The notes beneath the pieces were generated by a model that had not been told where the DNA came from, made no database searches, and saw only the letters and a list, made by a program, of their open reading frames with translations. Source: a virus (Duplodnaviria > Caudoviricetes). Taken from it: a stretch of DNA of 42,147 bases. Numbering within the stretch: position 1 is the first letter of the stretch; the number at the start of each line of letters is the position of its first letter. The DNA lies in the IMG/VR virus record IMGVR_UViG_3300046777_001470, positions 1-42,147 of that record. One strand, given 5' to 3'. Made by a program: the position numbers and the translations under genes. Below are positions 1 through 9,893 of this stretch, in pieces.

Positions 1-214
1 CCTCATCTAAAACATTATTAACAAATCCAATGTTCTGCTCTGCATTATCACTTGACCTTCTTACCCTTATGCAATTACCTGTGTATGTTGAACTTAATTG
101 TCTAAGTGAATAAGCAGCTGATGCACCTGAATATGTGTCAAGTAGTAATGTAGTAGCAGGAGGAGCTAATGAAGCCAAGTAAATACCAGTATTTCCACCT
201 AAGATTACAGGCAT
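1..214 (-). CDS. Virion/tail-associated protein, N-terminal part (runs off the window); arabinofuranosidase-B (GH54)-like N-terminal motif
   Basis: Not in the ORF track. Manual translation from ATG at 214 gives MPVILGGNTGIYLASLAPPATTLLLDTYSGASAAYSLRQLSSTYTGNCIRVRRSSDNAEQNIGF. The AAYSLR..Y.G..IRVRRSSDN.E..IGF motif is typical of this fold in phage virion proteins. Confidence 0.7.
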   Translation of the reverse strand, partial: MPVILGGNTGIYLASLAPPATTLLLDTYSGASAAYSLRQLSSTYTGNCIRVRRSSDNAEQNIGFVNNVLDE

Positions 215-216
215 AA

Positions 217-861
217 TTAAGCAACATAAATGATTATAAACTCAGTTCCAGTAGCATTATAAGCAAATGAAGTAAAGTAGTTGTTTACAGCATCAGCAGA
301 GAAGTTTAATACTTCGCCTGGTTTAATAGTAGTTAATGAAGCTAATACAGTTCCATTAGCAGAACCTACGTTAGCTACAGATACAGAATAGAAAGTAGCA
401 GCAACAGAGTTCACATTGCCAGCAGCCGTAGGTCTTAATATACCAGGAGTTCTAGAATAACCAGGATTAGGTAAGCTTAATATATCTACCTGTAACTCAC
501 CATTAGAATCAGTCTTAATCTTTCTGTTTGTAGTACCATCCCAACCATAAACTAGAATACTATCGTTAGCTTCACTGATTTGAACTTCTACGATTTCACT
601 CAACCAATTTCTAATATCAGCAATAGCGGCATTAGCTCCTGTAACATCATTAGTCCATCCTGCTGGAGAAGAAACCTCACTAAGATTTATTCTTAACGAA
701 TTGTTCTTATCGTTAGCGATAAAGTTTATAGTGATGTAATAGTTGCCTGAAGCATCTACACCTCTACTTACAGACTTAATAGTCTTTACATTGTATACGT
801 CAAGAACACCATTAATGTTGATGTTTAACTGATTGTCCGTATTGTTTACTATTATACTCAT
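217..861 (-). CDS. Putative structural (tail/fibre-associated) protein, 214 aa
   Basis: ORF rich in N/V/S/T with beta-type composition; packed in the late operon. Confidence 0.6.
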   Translation of the reverse strand: MSIIVNNTDNQLNININGVLDVYNVKTIKSVSRGVDASGNYYITINFIANDKNNSLRINLSEVSSPAGWTNDVTGANAAIADIRNWLSEIVEVQISEANDSILVYGWDGTTNRKIKTDSNGELQVDILSLPNPGYSRTPGILRPTAAGNVNSVAATFYSVSVANVGSANGTVLASLTTIKPGEVLNFSADAVNNYFTSFAYNATGTEFIIIYVA

Positions 862-879
862 TTCAATTTATTTTAATGT

Positions 880-1446
880 TTAGTCTATTGTTGGTATATT
901 CCATAAGAATGTATCTGTTGTAGTACACCCATTAGAATCGGTTAATGTCAATTTTACAAGTCCATATCTAGCGATGAACCCTGGAGTTCCTCCTAATACT
1001 ACAAATGAATCAGTAGAAGAACCTACAATCGTTACATCACCCATGTTATCTTGAATGTTCCACTGATAAGCATAAGGAGCTAATCCTCCACTTGCACTAG
1101 ATACCAATGTGTTACCTTCTCCCTGAGAAATAGAAACAGAAGGAGGACAAGTTGGAGTACAAATAAAAGTTAGTATAGCATCTATTACTTGTTGGATGCT
1201 ATAAGTTCCAGCTTCTAATCCAATACAATTATCTTCAGCGATCACAACACTCGTCATGTTACTCAACTCAGAAACCATATTAGTGGTATAACTCTCTAAC
1301 AATCCTAACACATCGCATAGTGTAGCATCACACGGAACCTCTATTACGTTAAACGTATTACAGTCAAATACAGTTATGTCAGAAACCTTGTTTGGACAAT
1401 TATCTGAACATGAACAATTTGATTTATTACAACTAGAACAACTCAT
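880..1446 (-). CDS. Cys-rich structural protein with C-terminal SprB/PKD-like Ig repeat, 188 aa
   Basis: N-terminus MSCSSCNKSNCSCSDNC; C-terminal SGGLAPYAYQW...LTLTDSNGCT matches the SprB-repeat pattern SGGxxPYxYxW...TVTDxNGC. Confidence 0.65.
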   Translation of the reverse strand: MSCSSCNKSNCSCSDNCPNKVSDITVFDCNTFNVIEVPCDATLCDVLGLLESYTTNMVSELSNMTSVVIAEDNCIGLEAGTYSIQQVIDAILTFICTPTCPPSVSISQGEGNTLVSSASGGLAPYAYQWNIQDNMGDVTIVGSSTDSFVVLGGTPGFIARYGLVKLTLTDSNGCTTTDTFLWNIPTID

Positions 1447-1449
1447 ATC

Positions 1450-2742
1450 TTAACAATTACAATTTTCATTTAATTTATCAATCAAGCACTGTTCTTGATC
1501 TTCACATATTACACCATAAGGCAAACACCATAAAACATCAAAAATCAAATGCTTCTTGTAAAGCTCTTCCCAATCAGGACCACATTTAAAACCAAATAGT
1601 TCCTTGTTTCTTATGGAAGAGATTTCATTTACAAATATAGCTTTCTTTTTCTTTAGAAGATTTCTATTGTGTGGAGTATAGTAATCACAACAATCAAAAC
1701 ATTCAGCACCTATTACGCTAAATGAAGTAACAGGGCCTCTAGGCAATATGTATGGACCAAATGGACAGCTATTACCTGTAAGTAATTCAGCATAAATACT
1801 ACCATCAAGAGAGTCACTCATTATCCACTTTGCACCTGAATAAAACAAATAAAAAGTGGCAGGGTATGGAGTTAATTGAAGTTCAAATGTATAATATTGT
1901 AACCCATTAAAACCCATAACATTACCATACTCATCAGTAACTACATTAGCAACTACATCAGGATAATAAATACCATCGAATGTTACATTTATAATTACAG
2001 ACTCATCACAGCAACCACAATCAATAGCCCTAACCTTAATAATATTTAAAGTTCCAGAAGGGCTTTCATTTCCTGGTGTAGGAGGTAATCCATTATATGT
2101 GTCTAAAAATATAGTTCCTAAGAATGGAGGAATATTTGTAAAAGGTCCATTAGGAAATGCTGTTTGAGGAATAGCACCTGCTCCAGCAAAAGCAATATCA
2201 GTACCATTTAAATTTATTCTCCATTCTAAAGTTGCTATGTCTACTGATATAGTAAATGGCTCTGTATAAGTACCAGGATAAACAGAAGGAATATATTCGT
2301 ATACTTTATATCCATTAGTTCTCTGACCATTCCATACGGCAACACCTACAACAACAGAATCTACCTTAACATAAGTTACATTTCTATTATCATCCCATCC
2401 ACATGACCCAATAGTAAATCCACTATTACCATCAGGACAGACAGAATCCTTAGTATAATACAAAGCAAATGGTATATACCCACCTAAATTATCATCGTAA
2501 AATACCATCTCCCATCTGCTAAACTGAGAATTATATCTTACAGTAACTTCTCTATTGTCTTCGTGAAATACATTATTTATAGAGCCTTCATTAAAAGTAA
2601 ATGAATATCCATCGCAATTACAATTGTACGAAGCATAAATAGTTTCAAGCAAAGTAACACCTTCAAGAATATCTATAAATATTCCGCAGTTACATTTACC
2701 ATCTAAGCAATCATTATTGGTATTTTGACAATTACAACTCAT
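1450..2742 (-). CDS. Cys-rich putative tail/fibre-associated protein with three internal repeats, 430 aa
   Basis: Cys clusters at both ends; three imperfect ~55-60 aa repeats ending in CPDG, FPNG and CPFG. Confidence 0.6.
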   Translation of the reverse strand: MSCNCQNTNNDCLDGKCNCGIFIDILEGVTLLETIYASYNCNCDGYSFTFNEGSINNVFHEDNREVTVRYNSQFSRWEMVFYDDNLGGYIPFALYYTKDSVCPDGNSGFTIGSCGWDDNRNVTYVKVDSVVVGVAVWNGQRTNGYKVYEYIPSVYPGTYTEPFTISVDIATLEWRINLNGTDIAFAGAGAIPQTAFPNGPFTNIPPFLGTIFLDTYNGLPPTPGNESPSGTLNIIKVRAIDCGCCDESVIINVTFDGIYYPDVVANVVTDEYGNVMGFNGLQYYTFELQLTPYPATFYLFYSGAKWIMSDSLDGSIYAELLTGNSCPFGPYILPRGPVTSFSVIGAECFDCCDYYTPHNRNLLKKKKAIFVNEISSIRNKELFGFKCGPDWEELYKKHLIFDVLWCLPYGVICEDQEQCLIDKLNENCNC

Positions 2743-3518
2743 TAGCTACAGCAACATAAAGTTTTCAAAATATCCATGTGCTTCTGAGCATTGGACCAAT
2801 CGAATCCACAAGCAGCGAATTCTAATCCATCCATAACAACTCTCATCTTCATGGCCTTGTTAAATTCCTTGTTCTCACATAATGACGTACATGGTGCTTT
2901 CTGAATACCACAGAAGGCATCTGCTACCGATTGACGATAGCAATTCATGATGTCTATGCATAGAATAACAATCTTTTGATTAGTGCAGTAACGAGTAGTT
3001 CCGCAATCATCAGTTTCAGTATACAACTCCCAATAAGTATTTGTAAGGTCTTGCTCAGGATCAACTCCTGTAGAAGATACAATGCACTTGTATAACTTAC
3101 CATTTCGCAATACGATTGGTTTTACAAATGCTTGGTAGTAAACATCTCCTCTCCAATTAGGATAAGTACATAGATTTACAGACCATATACCATCCTCATC
3201 AGCGGCAGTGAAGTTATAAGTAAACTTGTTGTTAGAAACAGCGTGCGGCAAGATGATGTTATAATTTATTCCCTGTTTGTCTAACGGATACAATGCAGGA
3301 TTATTAGTCCTTACGTCTTCAGTAATCAAGTAAAATACAGAACCATCTCCTCTGGTGATAGTGATTGTTCTACTTGTGAAGTCATCAGACTCATGACCAG
3401 CAGGACCATCATTGGTCGCGTAGTTTGATGTGTCTTGAAATGTGATTTTTTTGCAGTCGCATGACACCTCAATTGAACTACAACCATCAACTAACAAAGA
3501 AGCTTTAAAATTACTCAT
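2742..3518 (-). CDS. Structural protein with CBM5/12-like carbohydrate-binding motif, 258 aa
   Basis: NWRGDVYY...IVLRNGKLYKCIVSSTGVDPEQDLTNTYWELY resembles the CBM5/12 pattern; Cys-rich; its stop overlaps the next gene's start (TAATG). Confidence 0.6.
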   Translation of the reverse strand: MSNFKASLLVDGCSSIEVSCDCKKITFQDTSNYATNDGPAGHESDDFTSRTITITRGDGSVFYLITEDVRTNNPALYPLDKQGINYNIILPHAVSNNKFTYNFTAADEDGIWSVNLCTYPNWRGDVYYQAFVKPIVLRNGKLYKCIVSSTGVDPEQDLTNTYWELYTETDDCGTTRYCTNQKIVILCIDIMNCYRQSVADAFCGIQKAPCTSLCENKEFNKAMKMRVVMDGLEFAACGFDWSNAQKHMDILKTLCCCS

Positions 3519-3533
3519 CTTATATTATTGTTA

Positions 3534-3541
3534 CAAATTTA
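3534..3541 (-). promoter_or_regulatory. Bacteroidota sigma70 -7 element (TAAATTTG)
   Basis: Matches TAnnTTTG; intergenic, ~15 nt upstream of the ATG at 3518. Confidence 0.6.
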
Positions 3542-3564
3542 AAATTTTATTCTTTATGTTTTTT

Positions 3565-6500
3565 TTACCTACTTGGTCTTTTTGGTCTACTTGGTCTTTT
3601 TGGTCTAATTGGTCTAATTGATCTTCCTGTTGATTTAGGCGCCTTATATTGAATTCTGTCTCCTTCTTCATCGTACTTAATTGGAATAAATTCATCTGCC
3701 ATTACTTTCTTTATTAAATACTTAGGGGTATTAGCATCTTCCAAAGATTTTTTGATTACATCTTCTTTCGTGCCTAAGTTCTTCAATCTAAGAACCATAT
3801 CTCTAGCGTCTTGAACTCTTTGATTAGAGTTTGTTACAAGTTCTTCGTATGCTTCCTGTAAGTTTTCTCTATCGTTTTCTGTTATTTTGGCTCCGCTTTC
3901 TTCTTTCTTTTGAAATTCTTTAAGTTTATCGTTAAATCTTCCTCTATCATCATCTATTTCTTTTAGTATCTTGTAATGAATCATGTTTCCAGATTCCTTT
4001 GATATATTTACATCTCTTTGTTTAACACCAAAAAGAATATTAATGATTTCTTCAGCAGGACTCAAGCTTACGTCATTTTGTTTTATTCCTTCAAAAGCTT
4101 TAGTTAATCTTTCTAATGCGCCAAATGCTGTAGATGGAAGTAATCTTTCATTAAGTAAATATGAAATTCTTTCTGTACCAGTCATTCTTTCAAGTCTTTT
4201 ATCGAACTCGCCATATACGTTGTAATTAAATAAAGCATCGAAAATAGCTCCGTAAAATATATCTTCAGCTAGATATGGTTTTAACACTTCAAATACACCA
4301 TCTTCAAATCCTTCTTCAGAGAATGCTCTATAGTATTTAAGATATAATGATTGAGGGTCTATCCTTCCTATATCTATATATCCATGTTGTCCATTTGCTT
4401 CGCTATCTGTATGTATAATAGGGTTGTATCTTCTGTATTCAGGCAATAGTAATCTTACTGTTTCATCATCATCACCTGCAAATCCACCAAGTAAATAACT
4501 AGCGAATTTAGTTATTCCATAACTCATAAACCAAGTAGAAGTACTAGCAAGTGCCTTTCTAGATCCATGAAACAATAATTTAGTTCCCTCAGAAACGTAA
4601 CCTTCTTTAATCATGTTTCTTCCATCTGCCATTAATTTAGTAGCATCAGCAAGAATATTAAATCCATTTACTTTGGATTGATAATCAAACTGAACGAAAG
4701 GACCAATAAATGGAATTCTAGAAATTGCTTTTATTACCTCTGGGGATCGATCATAACTAGGCATTTGTTTTTTCACAACTTCAGCTGTCATTCTTCTTAT
4801 TTCGGCTTCAATCTCTTGATCAGACATTCCTTTCTTTTTCATCACGGATCCGTAAGTATCGTATCTTCTAGCTTTTTCTTGCATATATACGATAGCCTTA
4901 AACATAGAGTCAGAGAATTGATAAACATTAGCAGCAATATCTAAAACTTGAGCTCCTTTTTTCTTAAATGAATCAGTTATCTTGCTTTTTTGATTTTGAG
5001 AAATCTCTTTATTTTGTAATGAATTAACTAATAAATCCATTACTATTCCTGAATCAATTCCTGGTGCTATAGCTCCATTCTCTATTAATTCTTCTAATAT
5101 AACTCTTGCCTTATCTTGATCGCTTAATTGGTCAAAGCTATTTACACCATACTGTTGTTTTTGATCGTCAGATAATTTACTTATACCCTCCTTAAATCCT
5201 TTTGGCTTTATGTTAGCAACATTTATAATACCTCTTAATACAGTGGGAACAGTATTAAAGAATGTACCATAAACATCTTCTGTAGTTATTCCACCTTTTG
5301 ATGCTCTGCTTATTTTTGCTTGTTCCTGTAAAGCTCTCATAGCTGTAGCCATATCAGAAGAAAATGGATTATTTCCTGTCATCAATGTTTGAACAAAACC
5401 AGAACCAAAGTTTGCAGCATTTGAACCAGGAGAACCTATGGTAACCAATGCTTTCATTATTGTAGATGGTATCGTAATAATATCCATTAATCCTCCACCT
5501 GTTAAATCAAGGATTTTTTTATTCGTAAGTAAGTCATGCATCTCAGGAGTCACATACATACCATTTAATAAGCTACCAGGTTTATTTAATTTTTTAGTCA
5601 AATTACCTTGTATTGTTTTTCTTGCTAAATACCCTGAGTTTACTATCTCCTGTTCTAAGCCTCTTTTAAATAATAATTCAGATTGCTTTCTTATTGTGTT
5701 TAAGAAATTTGTAGATGGGTCCTGAACTTCTTTTAATAGAAGTCTTTGAACCTCTGTCATATTCTTTCTTCTTTCTAGTATTTTATTTGTTTTATTATCC
5801 GCTACGGCTTGGCTTCCAAATATGAAAGATTCAGCTGATGTCTTCTTCTCTATTATTTCTTTTCTCTGATCGTTTATGTACCCAATAATAGAACTATCAG
5901 CAGATGAAAATCTATCTATAGAAGAGATATCAAGTCCTTGATTAAAATTTAATTTATGTTTTTTCCCTTTGCTGTCTGAAAGATTTAACTCAACAACATC
6001 CAACTTTGTATTTCCAGGAAGACCTGTTGAAGGAATGTATCTAGCTGTTTCAGCTAAAGCCATTTTGAAAGAATCCATAGTATCATATCTTCTTTCTATT
6101 TTGTCTCCAAATGAATTTTCAAAGGTAGCTTCTACACTTCCATCATTGTTTACCGTGTATTCTATTGTTTTAGCAGGTTGAACCCTTTGGCCTCTAAAAT
6201 AATCAAGTATTTGATCTTTTTCATCAGGGGTAAACACATCCATCCATTCTCCAGTGTAAGAAGGAGAATAGAACATATAGCTAGTGTTTAGGTACATATC
6301 AAGATTGCCATCGATAGTAAGCTCTAAATCATCAGAAAGCATTCCTGAGTTCTTTAAATCGGTAGACAATTTATCTACTAAGCTTCTCATCTTATCAACA
6401 CTAGGCTTTATTAATGTCTCTGCTTCAGAATCAGAAGAGAACCAATTGTTTCTAAATTCAGAATCTTTTAAGGCTCTATCTACATCTCTAAGAACTATTA

Positions 6501-7944
6501 ATTTTTCAGCATCTGTATTTATTCCTTTTTGTTTATAGTAATCCTTCATTCCTGAGTTAAACTCTTTAAGAACAGCATTAGATCTATTCTCAAATATTTT
6601 AACCATGTTCTGAGCTTTATTCACTCTATCTGCAATAGATTGAGAAACACCTCTATTAGGTCTAAATATTCTATTGAATTGTGTAGCTCTGTTTGTAGTT
6701 CTCTCAATTATGGATGATTTAACACTTATGTTTCCTATATTTTCTTTATTCTGTAGTTTAGATAAGTCAGATACACTTAAATTAGAGATAGGAGAATTCT
6801 TTAACAACTCTCTAGATACCTTATCTACATAAGACTCTAACGTATCTACGCCTTCTTTTATTTTTGATTTCCCTGATATGAATTGATAAATACCTCTCCA
6901 TAAATCTTTTAGGAACTCTTTTACTTTTGATTTTTGTCTAGCATCCTCTATAGTCTCGCCTCTATCTGCAATCATCTTAGATAATGCCTCAAATGCTTGA
7001 GCCTCAGGATCATTAGATATGTCATCATATCCAGGATCATTTTTTACTTCATCTAAGTATTGTTTTCCATCCTTTCTTACAAGCTCAATACCCATTCTGT
7101 AAAGATTAGGATTGATGCTCTTCATCACCAATAAGTAAACGTGAGCATATTCTTCTAATGCTGTGTTTACATTGGCTTGACTAGGATTTAAATAAATAGC
7201 ACCATTATGAAGTATAGCTGCTGTTCCTAGAGGTCTACCTAGCTGATTGGAAATTCTATCAAATGCATCCTGATCGTTAAATACAGAAACATTAGGAAAT
7301 GCGTTTTTTAATTTATCTATAAAAGCTTGGGTTACATTTGTAGATGTACCTCTTCTAGCTGTAGCTTGATAATCTCTATTCGCTTGTTGCTTAGTTCTTT
7401 TTCTTTTTTGTTTAGGTTGAGTATCTGTTGGCTCTACAAAAGCTTCAGCAGCATCCATACCTATATCTGACTTAGCAAACTCTTGTGCTTCAGGATTATC
7501 TTTATTAGCTTCAATTGCTTCTTGTTGAACTTCTTTAGCTTGTTCTTCTATTCCGTTCTGCTTATTGTATTCTATCTGAGCTTGATTTTGCAACTCGACA
7601 GAGGCTTCCATCTTAGTTCCATCAGGCTTAATAAGTTCCCATGTATTTGTTCTATTGTTTTTCTCCATTGTTATTTTAGGAGTAAACCTAGTGACATCTC
7701 TTCCTGTATCTAGAGCAAAAGTAACTGACTTCTTAGTTCCTCTTCCATCTTTCTTTTCTACAGCCTCTTCTTTCTTCTTGGTTTCAAATAGCGTAGTTTC
7801 AGCAGGAGCGATTACTCTGTCTAAGTAAACAGTAGTTCCTTTATCTGTTTCAACTACTCTCTCACCATTAATATTTTCTTTTATAGGTAGAGTTGATACT
7901 TCACCAGATATTTTACCTTGAGTAGCATCGTTTGGATTCTTCAA
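3565..7944 (-). CDS. Large polyvalent/internal virion protein (probably the C-terminal part of a frameshifted gene); degenerate zincin-like motif
   Basis: Track start is TTG, but the frame is open up to 8061. NGAIYLNP...TALEEYAHVYL resembles the HExxH metallopeptidase module of polyvalent proteins. Helical, partly hydrophobic C-terminal half. Confidence 0.7.
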   Translation of the reverse strand: MKNPNDATQGKISGEVSTLPIKENINGERVVETDKGTTVYLDRVIAPAETTLFETKKKEEAVEKKDGRGTKKSVTFALDTGRDVTRFTPKITMEKNNRTNTWELIKPDGTKMEASVELQNQAQIEYNKQNGIEEQAKEVQQEAIEANKDNPEAQEFAKSDIGMDAAEAFVEPTDTQPKQKRKRTKQQANRDYQATARRGTSTNVTQAFIDKLKNAFPNVSVFNDQDAFDRISNQLGRPLGTAAILHNGAIYLNPSQANVNTALEEYAHVYLLVMKSINPNLYRMGIELVRKDGKQYLDEVKNDPGYDDISNDPEAQAFEALSKMIADRGETIEDARQKSKVKEFLKDLWRGIYQFISGKSKIKEGVDTLESYVDKVSRELLKNSPISNLSVSDLSKLQNKENIGNISVKSSIIERTTNRATQFNRIFRPNRGVSQSIADRVNKAQNMVKIFENRSNAVLKEFNSGMKDYYKQKGINTDAEKLIVLRDVDRALKDSEFRNNWFSSDSEAETLIKPSVDKMRSLVDKLSTDLKNSGMLSDDLELTIDGNLDMYLNTSYMFYSPSYTGEWMDVFTPDEKDQILDYFRGQRVQPAKTIEYTVNNDGSVEATFENSFGDKIERRYDTMDSFKMALAETARYIPSTGLPGNTKLDVVELNLSDSKGKKHKLNFNQGLDISSIDRFSSADSSIIGYINDQRKEIIEKKTSAESFIFGSQAVADNKTNKILERRKNMTEVQRLLLKEVQDPSTNFLNTIRKQSELLFKRGLEQEIVNSGYLARKTIQGNLTKKLNKPGSLLNGMYVTPEMHDLLTNKKILDLTGGGLMDIITIPSTIMKALVTIGSPGSNAANFGSGFVQTLMTGNNPFSSDMATAMRALQEQAKISRASKGGITTEDVYGTFFNTVPTVLRGIINVANIKPKGFKEGISKLSDDQKQQYGVNSFDQLSDQDKARVILEELIENGAIAPGIDSGIVMDLLVNSLQNKEISQNQKSKITDSFKKKGAQVLDIAANVYQFSDSMFKAIVYMQEKARRYDTYGSVMKKKGMSDQEIEAEIRRMTAEVVKKQMPSYDRSPEVIKAISRIPFIGPFVQFDYQSKVNGFNILADATKLMADGRNMIKEGYVSEGTKLLFHGSRKALASTSTWFMSYGITKFASYLLGGFAGDDDETVRLLLPEYRRYNPIIHTDSEANGQHGYIDIGRIDPQSLYLKYYRAFSEEGFEDGVFEVLKPYLAEDIFYGAIFDALFNYNVYGEFDKRLERMTGTERISYLLNERLLPSTAFGALERLTKAFEGIKQNDVSLSPAEEIINILFGVKQRDVNISKESGNMIHYKILKEIDDDRGRFNDKLKEFQKKEESGAKITENDRENLQEAYEELVTNSNQRVQDARDMVLRLKNLGTKEDVIKKSLEDANTPKYLIKKVMADEFIPIKYDEEGDRIQYKAPKSTGRSIRPIRPKRPSRPKRPSR
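3569..3624 (-). repeat. Imperfect 9-nt tandem repeat encoding an (RPx)n basic tail
   Basis: Repeated ttggtct units on the + strand; the protein ends RSIRPIRPKRPSRPKRPSR. Confidence 0.85.
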
Positions 7945-8011
7945 TCTATCAGGAGCCTGTACAGTAGCTGTTTTACCATCTTCTGAAATAGACTTAACAG
8001 TATATTCTAAA

Positions 8012-9892
8012 TTACCACCTCTTTGAGTAGTTGCTTTTAGTTTTAGGTCCTGCTTTCTCTGTTACTTTTGAAACAGTTGTTTCTTGTGGAGCTACAGGTT
8101 GTGCTTTAGTTTCAGCTTTAGCTTCTTGTGTGGCTTTTCTTTGTTGATATATTTCATTACTAGCTAACTCAGCAGCTTTTCTTTCTTCTGGGTCTAATGA
8201 TGATTCTTTACTAGCTATATAATTAGCTTTCTTAGTTCTTTGTTGAGTATTTTTTTCGGGTATATTATTATAAGATTCTACAAAATCATTTTTAAGTTTT
8301 TCTACTCTAGGAGAAAGTTTCTCTTCAGCCTTAGTAGTTGGTTCTGCTTTCGTTTCAGCTACAAGAGCTTTGGCTTTTTGCTCAAGCTTGGCTTTTCTGT
8401 TATTAATTCTTTTCAATTCAGATTTAGCTTCCTGTATATCATCTTTATATTGCTCAATTAAATCATCATGATCATCTTTAATGTCGGATAACTCAGCATC
8501 GAGCTCTTCTAACTTATCAGCCTTCTTATCTTTTGACATTTTAGACAATCTTACTTTGGCTTTCTCTTGGCTAATTCTTTCTTTTTCTTCTTTAAAGTTG
8601 CTCTTCTCTATGTCTATTTGTTCTTGAGCATCTTCCATTTGCCTAGTGTAGTAATCTAAATCATTCTCTAAAATTTTAGCTTCTTCTTGATCTTTTTTAG
8701 ATAAAGTAGGTTGTGCTTTAGTTTCGACTTTAGCTTCTTTTTTGATTATCTCTATTGAGTTTGGATCAAATACCACATAATTATAATTATCACCAAAGCC
8801 TCTTCTGCTTTTATATTTAATTCCATCAATACCAGCTCTTTTAAATATTTCAGTAGCTTTCTCTTGACCAAAAGCATCTTTTAAATCACTATAAATATTA
8901 CCAACAGCAGAAGGTTTTTCATAAGTTTCAAGGCCATACTTATCTCTTTTTAATTCATCAAAAGAACCAGTATAATCCTTTTCATAATTCATATCATAAT
9001 TAGGAGAATCAGGATAAAATGCTTTATCTAAATGTTTTTGATATTCAGCTTTCTCTTCTTTAGTTAATGAATTATACAATTTATCTTCAACATCTTGATC
9101 TAAAGTATCTCTCCATTCAGACCAATTTTTAGTAGCTCCATTTTTTATCCTAACTTCATAAACTAATCCAGTTTTATCTTTTGATAATTTCCTAGCATAT
9201 CCTTCTGCTATTTTAGATCCATCTGTAAAGTAAAGCCCATACCCAAATGCTTGAGCGCCTTCTCCTGTTCCTATTTTTTCTAATTGAAATTTATCAAAAT
9301 CATGTGGAGTTCCATGTTTTAATATCAAATCATTTCCATCTACAACTACTTCTTGCTCTTTAACTTTAGCAGTTGGTTCTGTCACAACTTCTTCTGTTTT
9401 TGTGACAGTTTCAGTAGGAGTAACTACTTCTTCTATTTTAACCTCTGGAGCAGTAGTAACAGCTTCAGTAACTTCAGCTGTAGGTGTTACTTCTGATTTG
9501 GTTTCAGTAGTTCTTTCTTTAAGTATTCTTTCAGCAAAACCTATTCTATCTTCTAACCTTGCTCGTTCAATTTCATTAGTTTCGTATTGTAAGTCTATCT
9601 TAGCTTCTTCAATTTTTTCATTTAAAACATTATCGCTAAAATCTCTAGCATCTCCCCAATTAAATTTACTAGAATCAGTTATTTTTTCTCCCTCTACTTT
9701 AGGAGCAGTCTCTACAGGTGTTCTGAATTTAGAAGCCAAATCCTGATTAGGAGTAAACTTAAAGTTTCTAACAGCTATGTTGTTGTCAGACATGAATTTA
9801 TCTAACAATCCATCATTTAATTTCTGCATTAACTCCTGTTCTGACATCCATGTGTCTTGTCCAGGTAATTGGTATCTACAAGGCTTAGCCAT
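8012..9892 (-). CDS. Polyvalent protein N-terminal part: ADP-ribosyltransferase-like (ART-PolyVal type) domain plus coiled coil, 626 aa
   Basis: LKHGTPHDFDKF...GTGEGAQAFGYGLYFT...IAEGYA...GIDGIKY...NYVVFDPNSIEI (about 8745-9330) is the ART-like signature of phage polyvalent proteins. It is flanked by E/K/T/P-rich linkers. Confidence 0.75.
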   Translation of the reverse strand: MAKPCRYQLPGQDTWMSEQELMQKLNDGLLDKFMSDNNIAVRNFKFTPNQDLASKFRTPVETAPKVEGEKITDSSKFNWGDARDFSDNVLNEKIEEAKIDLQYETNEIERARLEDRIGFAERILKERTTETKSEVTPTAEVTEAVTTAPEVKIEEVVTPTETVTKTEEVVTEPTAKVKEQEVVVDGNDLILKHGTPHDFDKFQLEKIGTGEGAQAFGYGLYFTDGSKIAEGYARKLSKDKTGLVYEVRIKNGATKNWSEWRDTLDQDVEDKLYNSLTKEEKAEYQKHLDKAFYPDSPNYDMNYEKDYTGSFDELKRDKYGLETYEKPSAVGNIYSDLKDAFGQEKATEIFKRAGIDGIKYKSRRGFGDNYNYVVFDPNSIEIIKKEAKVETKAQPTLSKKDQEEAKILENDLDYYTRQMEDAQEQIDIEKSNFKEEKERISQEKAKVRLSKMSKDKKADKLEELDAELSDIKDDHDDLIEQYKDDIQEAKSELKRINNRKAKLEQKAKALVAETKAEPTTKAEEKLSPRVEKLKNDFVESYNNIPEKNTQQRTKKANYIASKESSLDPEERKAAELASNEIYQQRKATQEAKAETKAQPVAPQETTVSKVTEKAGPKTKSNYSKRW

Positions 9893-9893
9893 A

